Made by a program: the position numbers and the translations under genes | Source: a phage | Strand: one strand, 5' to 3' | Sequence record: NC_100372.1 | Length of the DNA stretch: 64,000 nt | The notes under the pieces: model-generated | The model's database searches: none | What the model was told of the DNA's origin: nothing | What the model saw: the letters and a program-made list of their open reading frames with translations, nothing else | Shown: piece by piece, positions 34,474-44,391 of the stretch | Layout: every line of letters begins with the position of its first letter | How positions within the stretch are numbered: position 1 is the stretch's first letter

Positions 34474-37400
34474 TTACTTCAGTTTCTCTTGCAACCCAGT
34501 AACAACCTCTGTCAATTTTTTAACCTGCTCCTCAAGGGAGGTTATTTTATCATCCTGTTCCCTACAAACTTGGACAAGCAAGCCTGTCACAGCTGCGTAG
34601 TCAACATTATAGAATCTTTCCTCGGTCATCAGAGGAATACCATCTTGAGTAGAACCAGGAACCTCTTTCCTTTTCACGAAAGAACCAACCGCTTCAGGTA
34701 ATGCTTCCATAACCTCTTGAGCAATTACCCCCGCGTGAGGCATACCATTCTCTTTTAGAGTGTAGGTATAGCCCTTCATCTTACGGATAGCTTCCAGCGC
34801 GTTAGGAATAACCTCTATGTTATCCTTCAGGTCTCTATCAGAGCTCTGGCTCACAGTGGTGCACTCAACTACACCGTTGACAGCAAAATATCTTGACTTA
34901 GCCTCGTCTGCCCTAGCCCCGCAGTGGAATACCCAACTAGCAGAAGAAGAGTTGTCGTTTATCTGAAACTCAAGAACGTTCTTCCTGTCTGCGCCGTTAC
35001 CCCAATAGTACATTCTACCTGAATTGGCGGGTAAGTTATCGGCGTTACTAGAAAGACTGTTAGCACCGACATGAATTTCCAGTTGATTACTGGTTTCACC
35101 AAAAGTGTAATTAGGTCTTAACTGGATGCCCTTACCAGCATCGTGTCTCCATTCTTCCCAAGTAAAGACATCGCCAACGTAGTTACCAGCACGAGTATAT
35201 CTGTCACCAAAATAGGTGATATATTCCTGCACACAACCTTGAGGTCTGTTAGCTGTGTTTTTGTAAACAAGCAGTGTACCAGCGTACGGAGCAGGGTAGT
35301 GGCGATCTATTACAAGTGCGTCAGCGTTTGAACCTTGGTGATAGAAACCTTCACGGCTACCATCATAGGCATTAAGGTCTTCTGTCCCCAGACCTTGACC
35401 ACGGTGCTGAATAACTTTGTTCCACGCCCTGTGGTTACCACCCTCAATAGATCTGGTGTATAACTGATCAAGGCGACCAGCCATTTGGAAAGCATAGTTT
35501 CCAGAAAACGCCACAGACAGTCCACCAACAACCATCGAACCTTCTGGCCCGTTGACGTTGCCAGCCATTATTTTTGACGGGTTATTAGGCCCGAACTGGT
35601 TGTTCCAGTCTCCACCAGTATGACATACAAAACCACCAGGGGCTGAGAAAGTACCATCTTTGTTGAAGTTGTAGAATCTGTGAGCGGAACCTACAACATC
35701 ACGAACAATAACTTGACCAGCTTCTGGAGTAGACCTGAACTCTGCTTGGCCTTGAAGGCCAGCACCATTACCGCATTTAGAGGTAAACGTGCCGTTAGTT
35801 AGATCCTCTGTTCCGTCAGATGCACACTGGAACCCTGCATTAGAGAATAACGCCTTTCTAGGACTGCCGTAGCACAAATAGTCAAGACCGTCTGCCCACA
35901 GCTCGACTTTAGGCATGTTCGTTTTGCTCATCACTGCATAGCGTTCAGGAGTCCCCAGGTAGTGCCACATAGTTCCACCACCAGTGTAGAAACCTGATGT
36001 TCCTTTGAACTCAACCAGAGGTCTGGTGTTTGTTACATCATCACCTTTGATTGCAAGACTCAAATCTGCAGATTCCAGAGGAGCACAGAACTTGACACCA
36101 TCTTGGTTACCTGTCACGTTGCCTACTTGCCAATCAGCCTCCCTGGTTGACACTTCTATTACAGTAGCGCCAGCATATACTGTAACAGGGAATGCACGTG
36201 CCTCTACATAGAATGCAACATACTCCTGCTTACCTCTGGTTGGAGATACACATCCGAGGATTGCTCTCTCGTTTTGGTAGAAATTAATAACCCCTTGGAA
36301 AGAATCACCTCTGTCCGTCCAGCCACCAGTTCTGTAGTGACACTGTAGTGTAGCACAGTTCATTGGGTCGCCGCCAGAAGAAGATCTGGTGACAATGGTT
36401 AAATCTGTCCCGATAGTTGCTGCAAAGTTGGGGTCAGTTCTGACGATAATAGGATAATACTTACCGTCCTGCATAGCTGCAGTTCTGGGCAGGTTTACAT
36501 ATGGTCTAGCGCCTGCTGCCAGAGGGATTCTGAATTGTGCTTGAGCATCCCCTACAGTCCTGGCACTGGTACCACCACAAGCTATCGGTAGTGGTTCCCA
36601 TTTGGCTTTCCGGTTGTTATAAACACCCCACTCAAGCGTTCCTTCACCTTGCTCGTCCATACCGCCATCCCAGATGACCATCTTGGCGGCTTTCTTAGAT
36701 CCCCAGAAACCTCTTTCTGCCCTTGAACTGCGGATCCATTCTCCAAGTCCCCAGTTTGCCAGCTGACCGTTCAGATCACCAACCTGCATATATTTAGGAC
36801 AATCTAAGACCCCATCCTCGCGGAAGCCTAAATATCTATGAGTTTCAGATCCTTTTGCGCCTTTGTGCAGGTGGATTGTCAACCAAGCCTTATTGTCGTT
36901 TCTTACCTCAGAGTAGATCCTATACCCATGCTCAAGGACACCGTCAGCGCTGTATTTGTCCCCGTTAACAATACCTGATGCCGACTTAACATCAGCCGAG
37001 CTTTGAGACAGGTAAAGGTGCCCGAAGGTAGGAGAATTCCTAGACCCAAGACCGATGTGCGATCTAAAGGTCTCATCGTTACGAGGTCTGACCATCGGCT
37101 GCCATGCAGTCCACTGGTTTGTGTTGGCCTGATAGGTTCTCAAATACCAAACATCTACGTTAGAGAATGGGTAGTATTCCTGACGACAGCCTGTACCGCC
37201 GTTAGCATTGTTCTGCCAGACAATCAAGTGACCAGCACCAGAACCTGCAGGGTAACCATTTGCCTCAGTTGCATAAGCAGTCATCGGCTGGTAGTATATA
37301 CCATCCTGATTACCAGTCAAGTTATTGATATTAAAATTTGACTCAAGGGCTGCACGTTGCTTATAGAAAGCCCCTAAATTAATGCGTGCACCTGCGGCAT

Positions 37401-38283
37401 CTCTGGCCCCTGTACCGCCCTGCTCTATAGCAAGAGGTTGCCACGAGGCTGTTTGTTGGTTCCACATACCCCAACGGCCTGTTGCATCAAGCTGCAAGTA
37501 CCCTGCCGTGTTTAAATCATCTCCGGCACGGATAACTGTTCTTGTTGGGTTGTTTGCCTCCAGGCGTTTAAATTCGTCACGAAGTGCTATTCTTTTTGTT
37601 GTTGCTACACCGTTGGCTACTGCAATGGTATACATGGCTCCGGAGGTAGCGCCACGGAAAATGCCATCAACAGTTGTAGTATCACGACGAGATACCACAC
37701 CGTTCAGAAATTTTTCACCCGCCGCTTCAGAAGGGTAGTTAGTAGTTCTTCCCTCTTCAATAACTGCAGGACCAACAAAGTTGACAAGGTGAATAACATC
37801 GCCTACAGTATGCACTGTGCCAAAATCTACCCGCTGTGCAAGTGCTTTAGCATCGTTGGCTGTCTGAACAGTAACATCCATTACATCCTGGACAGACTGC
37901 CCTTCGGCTGTCATGATCATAGATGCGCCAATGGTAGACTCCAGCTCCTCCCTTAAGGACGGATCTGTATATACCATCCACGCAGCGTCAGTAATCCCAC
38001 CGTCAGAATATGGTGAAGACAGTGCAGGGACAGTGTGTGGAAATTCGCCTTTCCAACGCAGGTATAGATCTTCCTCTTCGAAGTAGGCAAAATCCATTGG
38101 GCCGTTTAACTTACCACCTTCCTTAAAGGAGATTACATGAGAAACAGTCCCATCCACATGGACAACATCGCCAATTTTCACACGACGGGTCAGGTCTGGT
38201 TGTTGAACAACCAGGTAATCATCCTCTGTCACTGCGGTAGTGGCAGGAAGAGATTCAATTCTGACAACTTTAATATCAGCCAT
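34474..38283 (-). CDS. long tail fibre protein
   Basis: 1269 aa; first ~90 aa shared with the 222-aa protein at 40918..41586 (DD(F/Y)LVV-Q-D-TR-KI-DVV ... EGG ... FAY); remainder Gly/Asn/Thr-rich. Confidence 0.5.
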   Translation of the reverse strand: MADIKVVRIESLPATTAVTEDDYLVVQQPDLTRRVKIGDVVHVDGTVSHVISFKEGGKLNGPMDFAYFEEEDLYLRWKGEFPHTVPALSSPYSDGGITDAAWMVYTDPSLREELESTIGASMIMTAEGQSVQDVMDVTVQTANDAKALAQRVDFGTVHTVGDVIHLVNFVGPAVIEEGRTTNYPSEAAGEKFLNGVVSRRDTTTVDGIFRGATSGAMYTIAVANGVATTKRIALRDEFKRLEANNPTRTVIRAGDDLNTAGYLQLDATGRWGMWNQQTASWQPLAIEQGGTGARDAAGARINLGAFYKQRAALESNFNINNLTGNQDGIYYQPMTAYATEANGYPAGSGAGHLIVWQNNANGGTGCRQEYYPFSNVDVWYLRTYQANTNQWTAWQPMVRPRNDETFRSHIGLGSRNSPTFGHLYLSQSSADVKSASGIVNGDKYSADGVLEHGYRIYSEVRNDNKAWLTIHLHKGAKGSETHRYLGFREDGVLDCPKYMQVGDLNGQLANWGLGEWIRSSRAERGFWGSKKAAKMVIWDGGMDEQGEGTLEWGVYNNRKAKWEPLPIACGGTSARTVGDAQAQFRIPLAAGARPYVNLPRTAAMQDGKYYPIIVRTDPNFAATIGTDLTIVTRSSSGGDPMNCATLQCHYRTGGWTDRGDSFQGVINFYQNERAILGCVSPTRGKQEYVAFYVEARAFPVTVYAGATVIEVSTREADWQVGNVTGNQDGVKFCAPLESADLSLAIKGDDVTNTRPLVEFKGTSGFYTGGGTMWHYLGTPERYAVMSKTNMPKVELWADGLDYLCYGSPRKALFSNAGFQCASDGTEDLTNGTFTSKCGNGAGLQGQAEFRSTPEAGQVIVRDVVGSAHRFYNFNKDGTFSAPGGFVCHTGGDWNNQFGPNNPSKIMAGNVNGPEGSMVVGGLSVAFSGNYAFQMAGRLDQLYTRSIEGGNHRAWNKVIQHRGQGLGTEDLNAYDGSREGFYHQGSNADALVIDRHYPAPYAGTLLVYKNTANRPQGCVQEYITYFGDRYTRAGNYVGDVFTWEEWRHDAGKGIQLRPNYTFGETSNQLEIHVGANSLSSNADNLPANSGRMYYWGNGADRKNVLEFQINDNSSSASWVFHCGARADEAKSRYFAVNGVVECTTVSQSSDRDLKDNIEVIPNALEAIRKMKGYTYTLKENGMPHAGVIAQEVMEALPEAVGSFVKRKEVPGSTQDGIPLMTEERFYNVDYAAVTGLLVQVCREQDDKITSLEEQVKKLTEVVTGLQEKLK

Positions 38284-38297
38284 TCTTTCTCCTGAAA

Positions 38298-38314
38298 GGG
38301 GGCAAACAGCCCCC
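38298..38314 (-). other. GC hairpin (GGGGGC-loop-GCCCCC) immediately upstream of the RBS of 34474..38283
   Basis: 6-bp GC stem followed on the minus-strand transcript by only UUU, then SD AGGAG and the start codon; may act as a weak terminator or processing signal. Confidence 0.35.
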
Positions 38315-38318
38315 TATG

Positions 38319-40916
38319 TTAAAGGTACAATCCACGGTATTGAGCATAAAGGCCAAGACCGCGAAGGATTTCGCCAGAGTGATAGCCTACCGGATCAGAA
38401 ACTGCCCAGCAGCCATTTAAAACATTATCCCCATTAATAAAGTGGTGCTTTTGCAGTAGCTTCATACAGGCTTCTACAACAATATCTATTTGAGGTATTG
38501 TTTCTGAATACCCGCACAGACCTAGCCAGCAGCAACCTGCAAGCCATTCACCTACCACCCACATCCTATCTCCTCTATCTTGATAAGAGTATCCACCAGA
38601 GGTGTTAAAGTCTGTAGGCAAATTTCCTGAATGGGATGACTGGAATCTGTTGAGGAACCATGCCCATTTCTGGCAGAACAGGAACAGTCTTTCATCAACA
38701 GGCTCTTTATGTTTCTTGAGCTCATATATTGTGCGGCACGCAGCAACAAAAGATCTTGACTGGAGCTTAGAGTTATCTACCATCTCCCACCAACCAGTCA
38801 ACCCTTCATTACCTCTTTGCCATACATAACGTGAGGCAACTGGACCCTCTGTCTTAAATGTATTGTTATACCAGACTTGAGAGTCATACAGAAAGCCTAT
38901 TGTATTTGACAATCTATGGCGGTCTATGTTTTCTGCACCCATGCAGTAGACTGCTGGGTATTGCATACCAGGACAGGGCCAACTTGGCCTTTCCTCTAAG
39001 AGATAATTTTCCTTATCTATCACCTTTCCGGCAGGGAACACACCTGGGGTGTGCCTGTAGGCACCTTGCTTGTAGTTTCTGACATAGCAATCACCAACCT
39101 TGGCGGTTGATTCTGTCTTGCTTGCCATCCATACGCTAAACCAGATTAGATAAGCATCCCTATCTGCAACATAAAATTGCGGCAGTGTGTTGACGCAATA
39201 CAGATCGAACAAGCCATTACCTATCTGCCTGTCGCTCAGACTGAAATCTACAGAGGTAATTCCTTTAGGGTTAGCAAAGAAAGGTTTAATCTCATCTTCT
39301 GTGTGATGAGGTTGTGTTGGGTCTAGTTTAAAATCACCTAGGGTAAGAGTTTCTGTTACCCATTGCCCGTTAGTGGCATATAGATCAGCATACCATAACC
39401 AACGGTCTTTGTCAAGAAATTTGACCCTTACCATCTCATCATCTGATCGATAAGTCACTGAGTTTAAAGAAATCTCTCTTCCAAAATTGAAAGTTACTTT
39501 GCCTCTTACTATATTGCAACGGGTGAAGTTGTCGGAGTGGTTGTAAATGTCGGTACCATACTGCATACTGACACTCGCGCCACCGCTTACGGTAATGTTT
39601 TCCTCTTTTGGCAAGAGATACGGGTTACCGTCTTTACCAACCACCTCCACGAAATCGGTGACCTTGGCAACTGTCTCTGTTACCTCTGCCCCTCCAAAAG
39701 GGACCCCTATCCTATACTGTTTTTTGTTATTGTTGCCATCATTAAGGATGAAATGTGGCTGGAACAGGACCCCTTCTCCTCCAAAATTCATAACAATTTC
39801 GGCATCTCTGCCTATTTTGTATGTAGTCCCTTTTTGGATTATTTCGCAAGGCTGGCGTGCGTTCATTCTAAAATTGATATATCCGTCACTATCCCTACTC
39901 ATGACAGGTACTGTTCCTGCAACTAGACAAGCGCCATCTGTGAACGGGGCCTTAATCAACGTGGTCTTTCTGAACAGCTTGTCGTAGGCATTTATATCAC
40001 TAAAATTAAGCAACTTATTGTAAGACTGCTTAAACGCGGTGTAATACTTTTCCTCACCTGTCAGGGTGTAGAGTTGATAACAAGCGTCACACCACATCTC
40101 TTCCCCATCTAACTCTGGGGCTTGATTGTCTGCAACCACGTTTATAGGATTTACAATTACAGGGGATCCAGCAGGTATCACCGATCCGCCCTGCTCTTGA
40201 GGCAATCTCACACAATAGGTAACCTTGTGGTTGCCTGTAACACCCTTATCTTGCAGTTGGATTGTGCCGAACTCTGCAGACGTATGACCACTGTCGGCTA
40301 TGCTACCGTTGGCCCAATAGCGGTTACCATCCCATGCTATATACCACTCAACCCACCAACTTAATCCGGAAGTTGTCCAATTAGGATTAGCATCTGTGCC
40401 GCCGTAAACATCAGAGTCTACAGTGTTTCTTCCTAAAACACCGTTATACGCCTGAAAAGCCTTGTCCAAGTATTCTCCCCATGTCGGGGATCCTGCTGGG
40501 ATTTTTCCTCTACCTTTGTTAAAAGACACAACCACATCTTTAAACCCACCATGTGATGGAACTCCATCTGTGGATAACGGGTAGTGGGACAATCTTTGCA
40601 TTTTACTTTCTACTGCATATACTCCCAGAAGATGACTGTTGTAGGCTTCCCAAGCCTCTTTGGCCCTGTCCAGATAAAAATCGCTTTTTGATGCCCTGTA
40701 TGCCTCAATGTATCCCAGAATCAACACAGCTTGGGACTCATGCATTGCCCAATCATTATTTATCTTACTTCCTGACCAACCTGACGCTATAAGTCCATCC
40801 TGGTTTACCAGTTTGTTCTGTGTAGGGAGATTGGTAATACCTGTGTTGTTATCGAGGCACTTCCTGTGCCCCTCGATCATCTGAAATACGTTATCAATGT
40901 TGTGTTGAATACGCAT
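38319..40916 (-). CDS. putative polysaccharide-degrading tail protein (alpha/alpha-toroid-like composition)
   Basis: 865 aa; Trp/Tyr-rich with helical-repeat-like N- and C-terminal regions (AWEAY, GEWLAGCCWLGLCGY); lacks the shared fibre N-terminal anchor. By-eye assignment. Confidence 0.4.
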   Translation of the reverse strand: MRIQHNIDNVFQMIEGHRKCLDNNTGITNLPTQNKLVNQDGLIASGWSGSKINNDWAMHESQAVLILGYIEAYRASKSDFYLDRAKEAWEAYNSHLLGVYAVESKMQRLSHYPLSTDGVPSHGGFKDVVVSFNKGRGKIPAGSPTWGEYLDKAFQAYNGVLGRNTVDSDVYGGTDANPNWTTSGLSWWVEWYIAWDGNRYWANGSIADSGHTSAEFGTIQLQDKGVTGNHKVTYCVRLPQEQGGSVIPAGSPVIVNPINVVADNQAPELDGEEMWCDACYQLYTLTGEEKYYTAFKQSYNKLLNFSDINAYDKLFRKTTLIKAPFTDGACLVAGTVPVMSRDSDGYINFRMNARQPCEIIQKGTTYKIGRDAEIVMNFGGEGVLFQPHFILNDGNNNKKQYRIGVPFGGAEVTETVAKVTDFVEVVGKDGNPYLLPKEENITVSGGASVSMQYGTDIYNHSDNFTRCNIVRGKVTFNFGREISLNSVTYRSDDEMVRVKFLDKDRWLWYADLYATNGQWVTETLTLGDFKLDPTQPHHTEDEIKPFFANPKGITSVDFSLSDRQIGNGLFDLYCVNTLPQFYVADRDAYLIWFSVWMASKTESTAKVGDCYVRNYKQGAYRHTPGVFPAGKVIDKENYLLEERPSWPCPGMQYPAVYCMGAENIDRHRLSNTIGFLYDSQVWYNNTFKTEGPVASRYVWQRGNEGLTGWWEMVDNSKLQSRSFVAACRTIYELKKHKEPVDERLFLFCQKWAWFLNRFQSSHSGNLPTDFNTSGGYSYQDRGDRMWVVGEWLAGCCWLGLCGYSETIPQIDIVVEACMKLLQKHHFINGDNVLNGCWAVSDPVGYHSGEILRGLGLYAQYRGLYL

Positions 40917-40917
40917 C

Positions 40918-41586
40918 TTAGATAGCTCCTGCGATGATCAGTGCCCCGTACCAAGTTAGTCCATTATCATATGTTTCCAACTTGAAAATGTCTGTTGCAC
41001 CAGCTGTAAATGTTAGGATAGGATCTCTTCCGTAGGCCCATTTAACATTGTCAGGCCAATAAACTTTGTTACCACCAGAGGTCTGCGTTATGCATACAGT
41101 TATAGTTCTTGCCACTCCGTCGAGCCCTTCTGTTTGATTTTCAAAAGAGATTGTGGTGTTTGAAGTGAGCCGAACTTTAAACGTGTCTGCAACGTCAAGA
41201 TCCATGTCAAGTTGACCACCAATAGAGCCGTAATCAACTATCCTACCTGAAGAAGTTGCAGCAAGCTCTCCAAAAACAGACCATGCTTTTGCAGACACAC
41301 CTCCGGCACCCTCTACAGTGGAATCTGGGAGGATTATTTTAGGATAATCTCCATTCCATGTGTAGTAGCGCTTAGTTTCCGGATCATAAGCAAAATCCTT
41401 CTTGCTCTTAAGATAACCGCCCTCTGTGAAATAAACTATTTTAGTAATGCTAAGATCATTGACAACATCATCAATCTTAGCCTTTCTTGTCCCGTCAGTC
41501 TGGTTGACAACCAAGAAGTCATCACTCAAGACTGTTTCTGCATCTTCAAGATCTGGGATTGGTATTGTAGGATAAGCTACAGCCAT
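40918..41586 (-). CDS. tail protein sharing the fibre N-terminal anchor domain
   Basis: 222 aa; N-terminus aligns with that of 34474..38283. Confidence 0.45.
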   Translation of the reverse strand: MAVAYPTIPIPDLEDAETVLSDDFLVVNQTDGTRKAKIDDVVNDLSITKIVYFTEGGYLKSKKDFAYDPETKRYYTWNGDYPKIILPDSTVEGAGGVSAKAWSVFGELAATSSGRIVDYGSIGGQLDMDLDVADTFKVRLTSNTTISFENQTEGLDGVARTITVCITQTSGGNKVYWPDNVKWAYGRDPILTFTAGATDIFKLETYDNGLTWYGALIIAGAI

Positions 41587-41595
41587 GATTTCTCC

Positions 41596-42312
41596 TTAGT
41601 TAACATCAATAGCACGACCAGACTGGTTGGCAATAGCCTCATCATTAGAGGTAGCAATAACACCAGAATATTCGCGCTCATCTGGAGCAAGCGTCCAGGT
41701 ATTGCGGTTAATGGTTTGTTCTGCATCAGTCATCAGCAGATCTTTATCCTGAGTCAACAGAGAACCTACAGGGATCGGGTTTTCCATCTCAGGACCAGCA
41801 TACTGGTTCCACCACGTAGCATCTCCAGTTCTAGGCAATCTGAAGTTGATCAGGTAGTACAGTTTATTAGCCCACTTAATCCAACCTTCATCATCACAAA
41901 GAGAGGTTGCCCCGTCATCAGGCTGTGGGTAGGTAAACTGATCAAGACCTACGAAAGCCAGCCTTACAATCTCGTTCTCCTTGGTAACAACCTCAAAGAA
42001 CGCTTGGTATGTTCTAGATCTTCGATCCATAGTAGACTGGAAGTTTATGATGTTTAGCACATCTGGCTCTTGTCTTGCCACTTCCATAATCTTGTTATCA
42101 AGAACAGTCTTCATGACCTTCTTACTGAGAAAGTCCATATAAGGGAAGCCAAACAACTCATCAAAGTACCAGCTCCCCTTCCATGTATTAAACCTCATCC
42201 ACAGGCGCTGGCGCAGACTTACTTGGTTTGAATCTATCAACTCAAGACCTTTGTCTATCGCCAAATCACCTGTCTGTGGGTCCATCAATATATCACTATA
42301 AAGCGTAGCCAT
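41596..42312 (-). CDS. baseplate protein
   Basis: 238 aa in baseplate cluster. Confidence 0.4.
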   Translation of the reverse strand: MATLYSDILMDPQTGDLAIDKGLELIDSNQVSLRQRLWMRFNTWKGSWYFDELFGFPYMDFLSKKVMKTVLDNKIMEVARQEPDVLNIINFQSTMDRRSRTYQAFFEVVTKENEIVRLAFVGLDQFTYPQPDDGATSLCDDEGWIKWANKLYYLINFRLPRTGDATWWNQYAGPEMENPIPVGSLLTQDKDLLMTDAEQTINRNTWTLAPDEREYSGVIATSNDEAIANQSGRAIDVN

Positions 42313-42324
42313 TCAAGCCCTCTA

Positions 42325-43002
42325 TTAGTGCGGTCCACTTGTCTCGCCATCAGGGCAAGAGTGGGTATGACCTTTATATTCTGCATAGAATGAGTCCAAA
42401 TCCACACCAGCAGCCGTTATAATTCTACCTGATGGATCTATTGTGGCACCATTCATTCTGATATTTCCATCCACAGCAGCTCGTAAATTGGCAGCCCCGT
42501 TGGTGAAAGAAAACTCCCCGCTACTGTCGCACCGTAATGTCCCACCAGGTGTTTGAAGCTCAAAATCACCAGAAGGTGTTAGCTTAAAATAAACCCTATC
42601 ATTCCATAACTCTACATTATCAGGATCGATCTGCAAAGCATTCGAATCTGAATGAACAGAGGTTATTGCCCACCCTGGAAATAGGCCGTGAGTTTGTTGA
42701 TCATCGTTATTGTTTTCATTTCTCTCTGAAAACTGCAACCCTACAACATCCCCAGCCTTAATTGGTAGTGTTAACCTTGCCTTCCCACTGTTTGCAGACA
42801 TCACCTGGATTGGAACATCATAGATAAGAGGGTATCTCTCAACATCTCCGTCATCAAACGTGGTTTCAGCTATCGGCTGCACGGCTGCAGAAGGGATACT
42901 GTAATCTACACTGACAACTCTGGCCCTGATACTGGTGTGGTAGTCCCTCATTATTTTTTCTATAAAGGATCTTACAGCAGCATCTTTCCTATTTATTGCC
43001 AT
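42325..43002 (-). CDS. baseplate spike protein (gpV / Mu gp45-like)
   Basis: 225 aa; C-terminal GHTHSCPDGETSGP matches the HxH metal-binding tip typical of myovirus spike proteins. Confidence 0.5.
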   Translation of the reverse strand: MAINRKDAAVRSFIEKIMRDYHTSIRARVVSVDYSIPSAAVQPIAETTFDDGDVERYPLIYDVPIQVMSANSGKARLTLPIKAGDVVGLQFSERNENNNDDQQTHGLFPGWAITSVHSDSNALQIDPDNVELWNDRVYFKLTPSGDFELQTPGGTLRCDSSGEFSFTNGAANLRAAVDGNIRMNGATIDPSGRIITAAGVDLDSFYAEYKGHTHSCPDGETSGPH

Positions 43003-44000
43003 TATACCTCCTCAGTTTTGTCAACAACTCCACCTATTGTTTCCCCAAGGCCAAGCTCTGTAGTGTAATCACCGCCTTCTATGGTGCCCTTATGATGGAC
43101 TGTGATCACCTTATAGAAGCCTGTGTATTGCCTGCTTTTAAGATAAATGGTGGACTCTGGGAGGATAGCCCCATTAAGACATGTGGTTACAGTAAGACCA
43201 ACATCCTCTCTCGGGTTTTTCTTTTTCTTACTTGTGCCACCTTTCGCAGCAGCTTTAGCTTTTCGTTTTTTAGCAGGTTCTGGGTTTTTAGGTGTGGGTG
43301 ATCCGTGCATCCCAGACTCTGCACTTATTTCAAATACAGAGTCCTTGAACCTTTTTCCAACCTTGGTCCAATATAGAGCACCGTCCTGAACGCTGAATGT
43401 TGAGTTTGTCAGCCTTGCAAACCTGCGGAGGTTCTCTGCAGTGTTCCCAGAGAAAGCCATAGAGTATTGTAAAGTCTGGTTTCCAAAACCAACAACCCTA
43501 CCTTTTGGCAAGTTCATATCCTTCAGCAGGTCATTAAGCACAGAGTTCAGAGGTGTGCCCTTCTGATAAGATCTTGTGCTTTGGCACTTAATGATGTTCT
43601 CAGTGCCATCCCCAAAGATGAACTTAGTTTTTCTGGTCGGACCTTCCCATCTGTCCTCAACAAACTCTACAGTTCCGGAGAATATCAACTGGTTCTCATT
43701 ATCATAGCCAGCCTCAAACATAACTGCAAGAGCATCAGCTTGATGCATATCTAGATAGTTAACTGTATCGTCAGACAGGTTGTAAACTGTCACATAGCCT
43801 TTGTTTGGCTCTTTGGTATTGTCCTTTTGTATGTCAAACTCTATATTGGCAGCACCAGTGTCCGAGCTAATCTCATAAACTCCGGAATCACTCTCTCCTT
43901 TCTTTTCAACAGATTTTGGGATATTGGTTTTTGATTTACCGCCATGCTCTACAGGACGACCAAATAATAATCGCCATGTTCTACGTCTGTACTCTGCCAT
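43002..44000 (-). CDS. baseplate hub-like protein
   Basis: 332 aa; 1-nt overlap coupling on both sides; basic Lys/Ala-rich C-terminal tail. Confidence 0.4.
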   Translation of the reverse strand: MAEYRRRTWRLLFGRPVEHGGKSKTNIPKSVEKKGESDSGVYEISSDTGAANIEFDIQKDNTKEPNKGYVTVYNLSDDTVNYLDMHQADALAVMFEAGYDNENQLIFSGTVEFVEDRWEGPTRKTKFIFGDGTENIIKCQSTRSYQKGTPLNSVLNDLLKDMNLPKGRVVGFGNQTLQYSMAFSGNTAENLRRFARLTNSTFSVQDGALYWTKVGKRFKDSVFEISAESGMHGSPTPKNPEPAKKRKAKAAAKGGTSKKKKNPREDVGLTVTTCLNGAILPESTIYLKSRQYTGFYKVITVHHKGTIEGGDYTTELGLGETIGGVVDKTEEV

Positions 44001-44380
44001 TATTCTAACCCTTGCTGTTCCTTGTAAAGATCAACTGGGGTGCCGTATACAAGCTGTAACTCGGATCTTGCTCCAAGGTTGTATCTTCCAACCCTGCCCC
44101 AATATTGATCATCTTTAAACGACAGCGCCATCAATCTACCTTTCGGTAAATCGTCTCTGTAATGCAGTCCGTCTAAGATATCTTGACAAGCTGTTACTTT
44201 TCTGGTTACTAAAGGGCTGTCACCTACCGGACCAAGGGATAACCACCAAGACTCATCCCTCTCATTCCATTGCATACGCATTTCATACGTTTCATTGTCT
44301 AAAACAACACGCATGGTTTGATCAGGAAAGCCGTCAATGTCCCACACAAAGGTGATTATGCACCAATCTTTAAGCTCCAT
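44000..44380 (-). CDS. small baseplate/tail protein
   Basis: 126 aa; coupled to hub gene. Confidence 0.4.
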   Translation of the reverse strand: MELKDWCIITFVWDIDGFPDQTMRVVLDNETYEMRMQWNERDESWWLSLGPVGDSPLVTRKVTACQDILDGLHYRDDLPKGRLMALSFKDDQYWGRVGRYNLGARSELQLVYGTPVDLYKEQQGLE

Positions 44381-44391
44381 TGCACGCCCCC

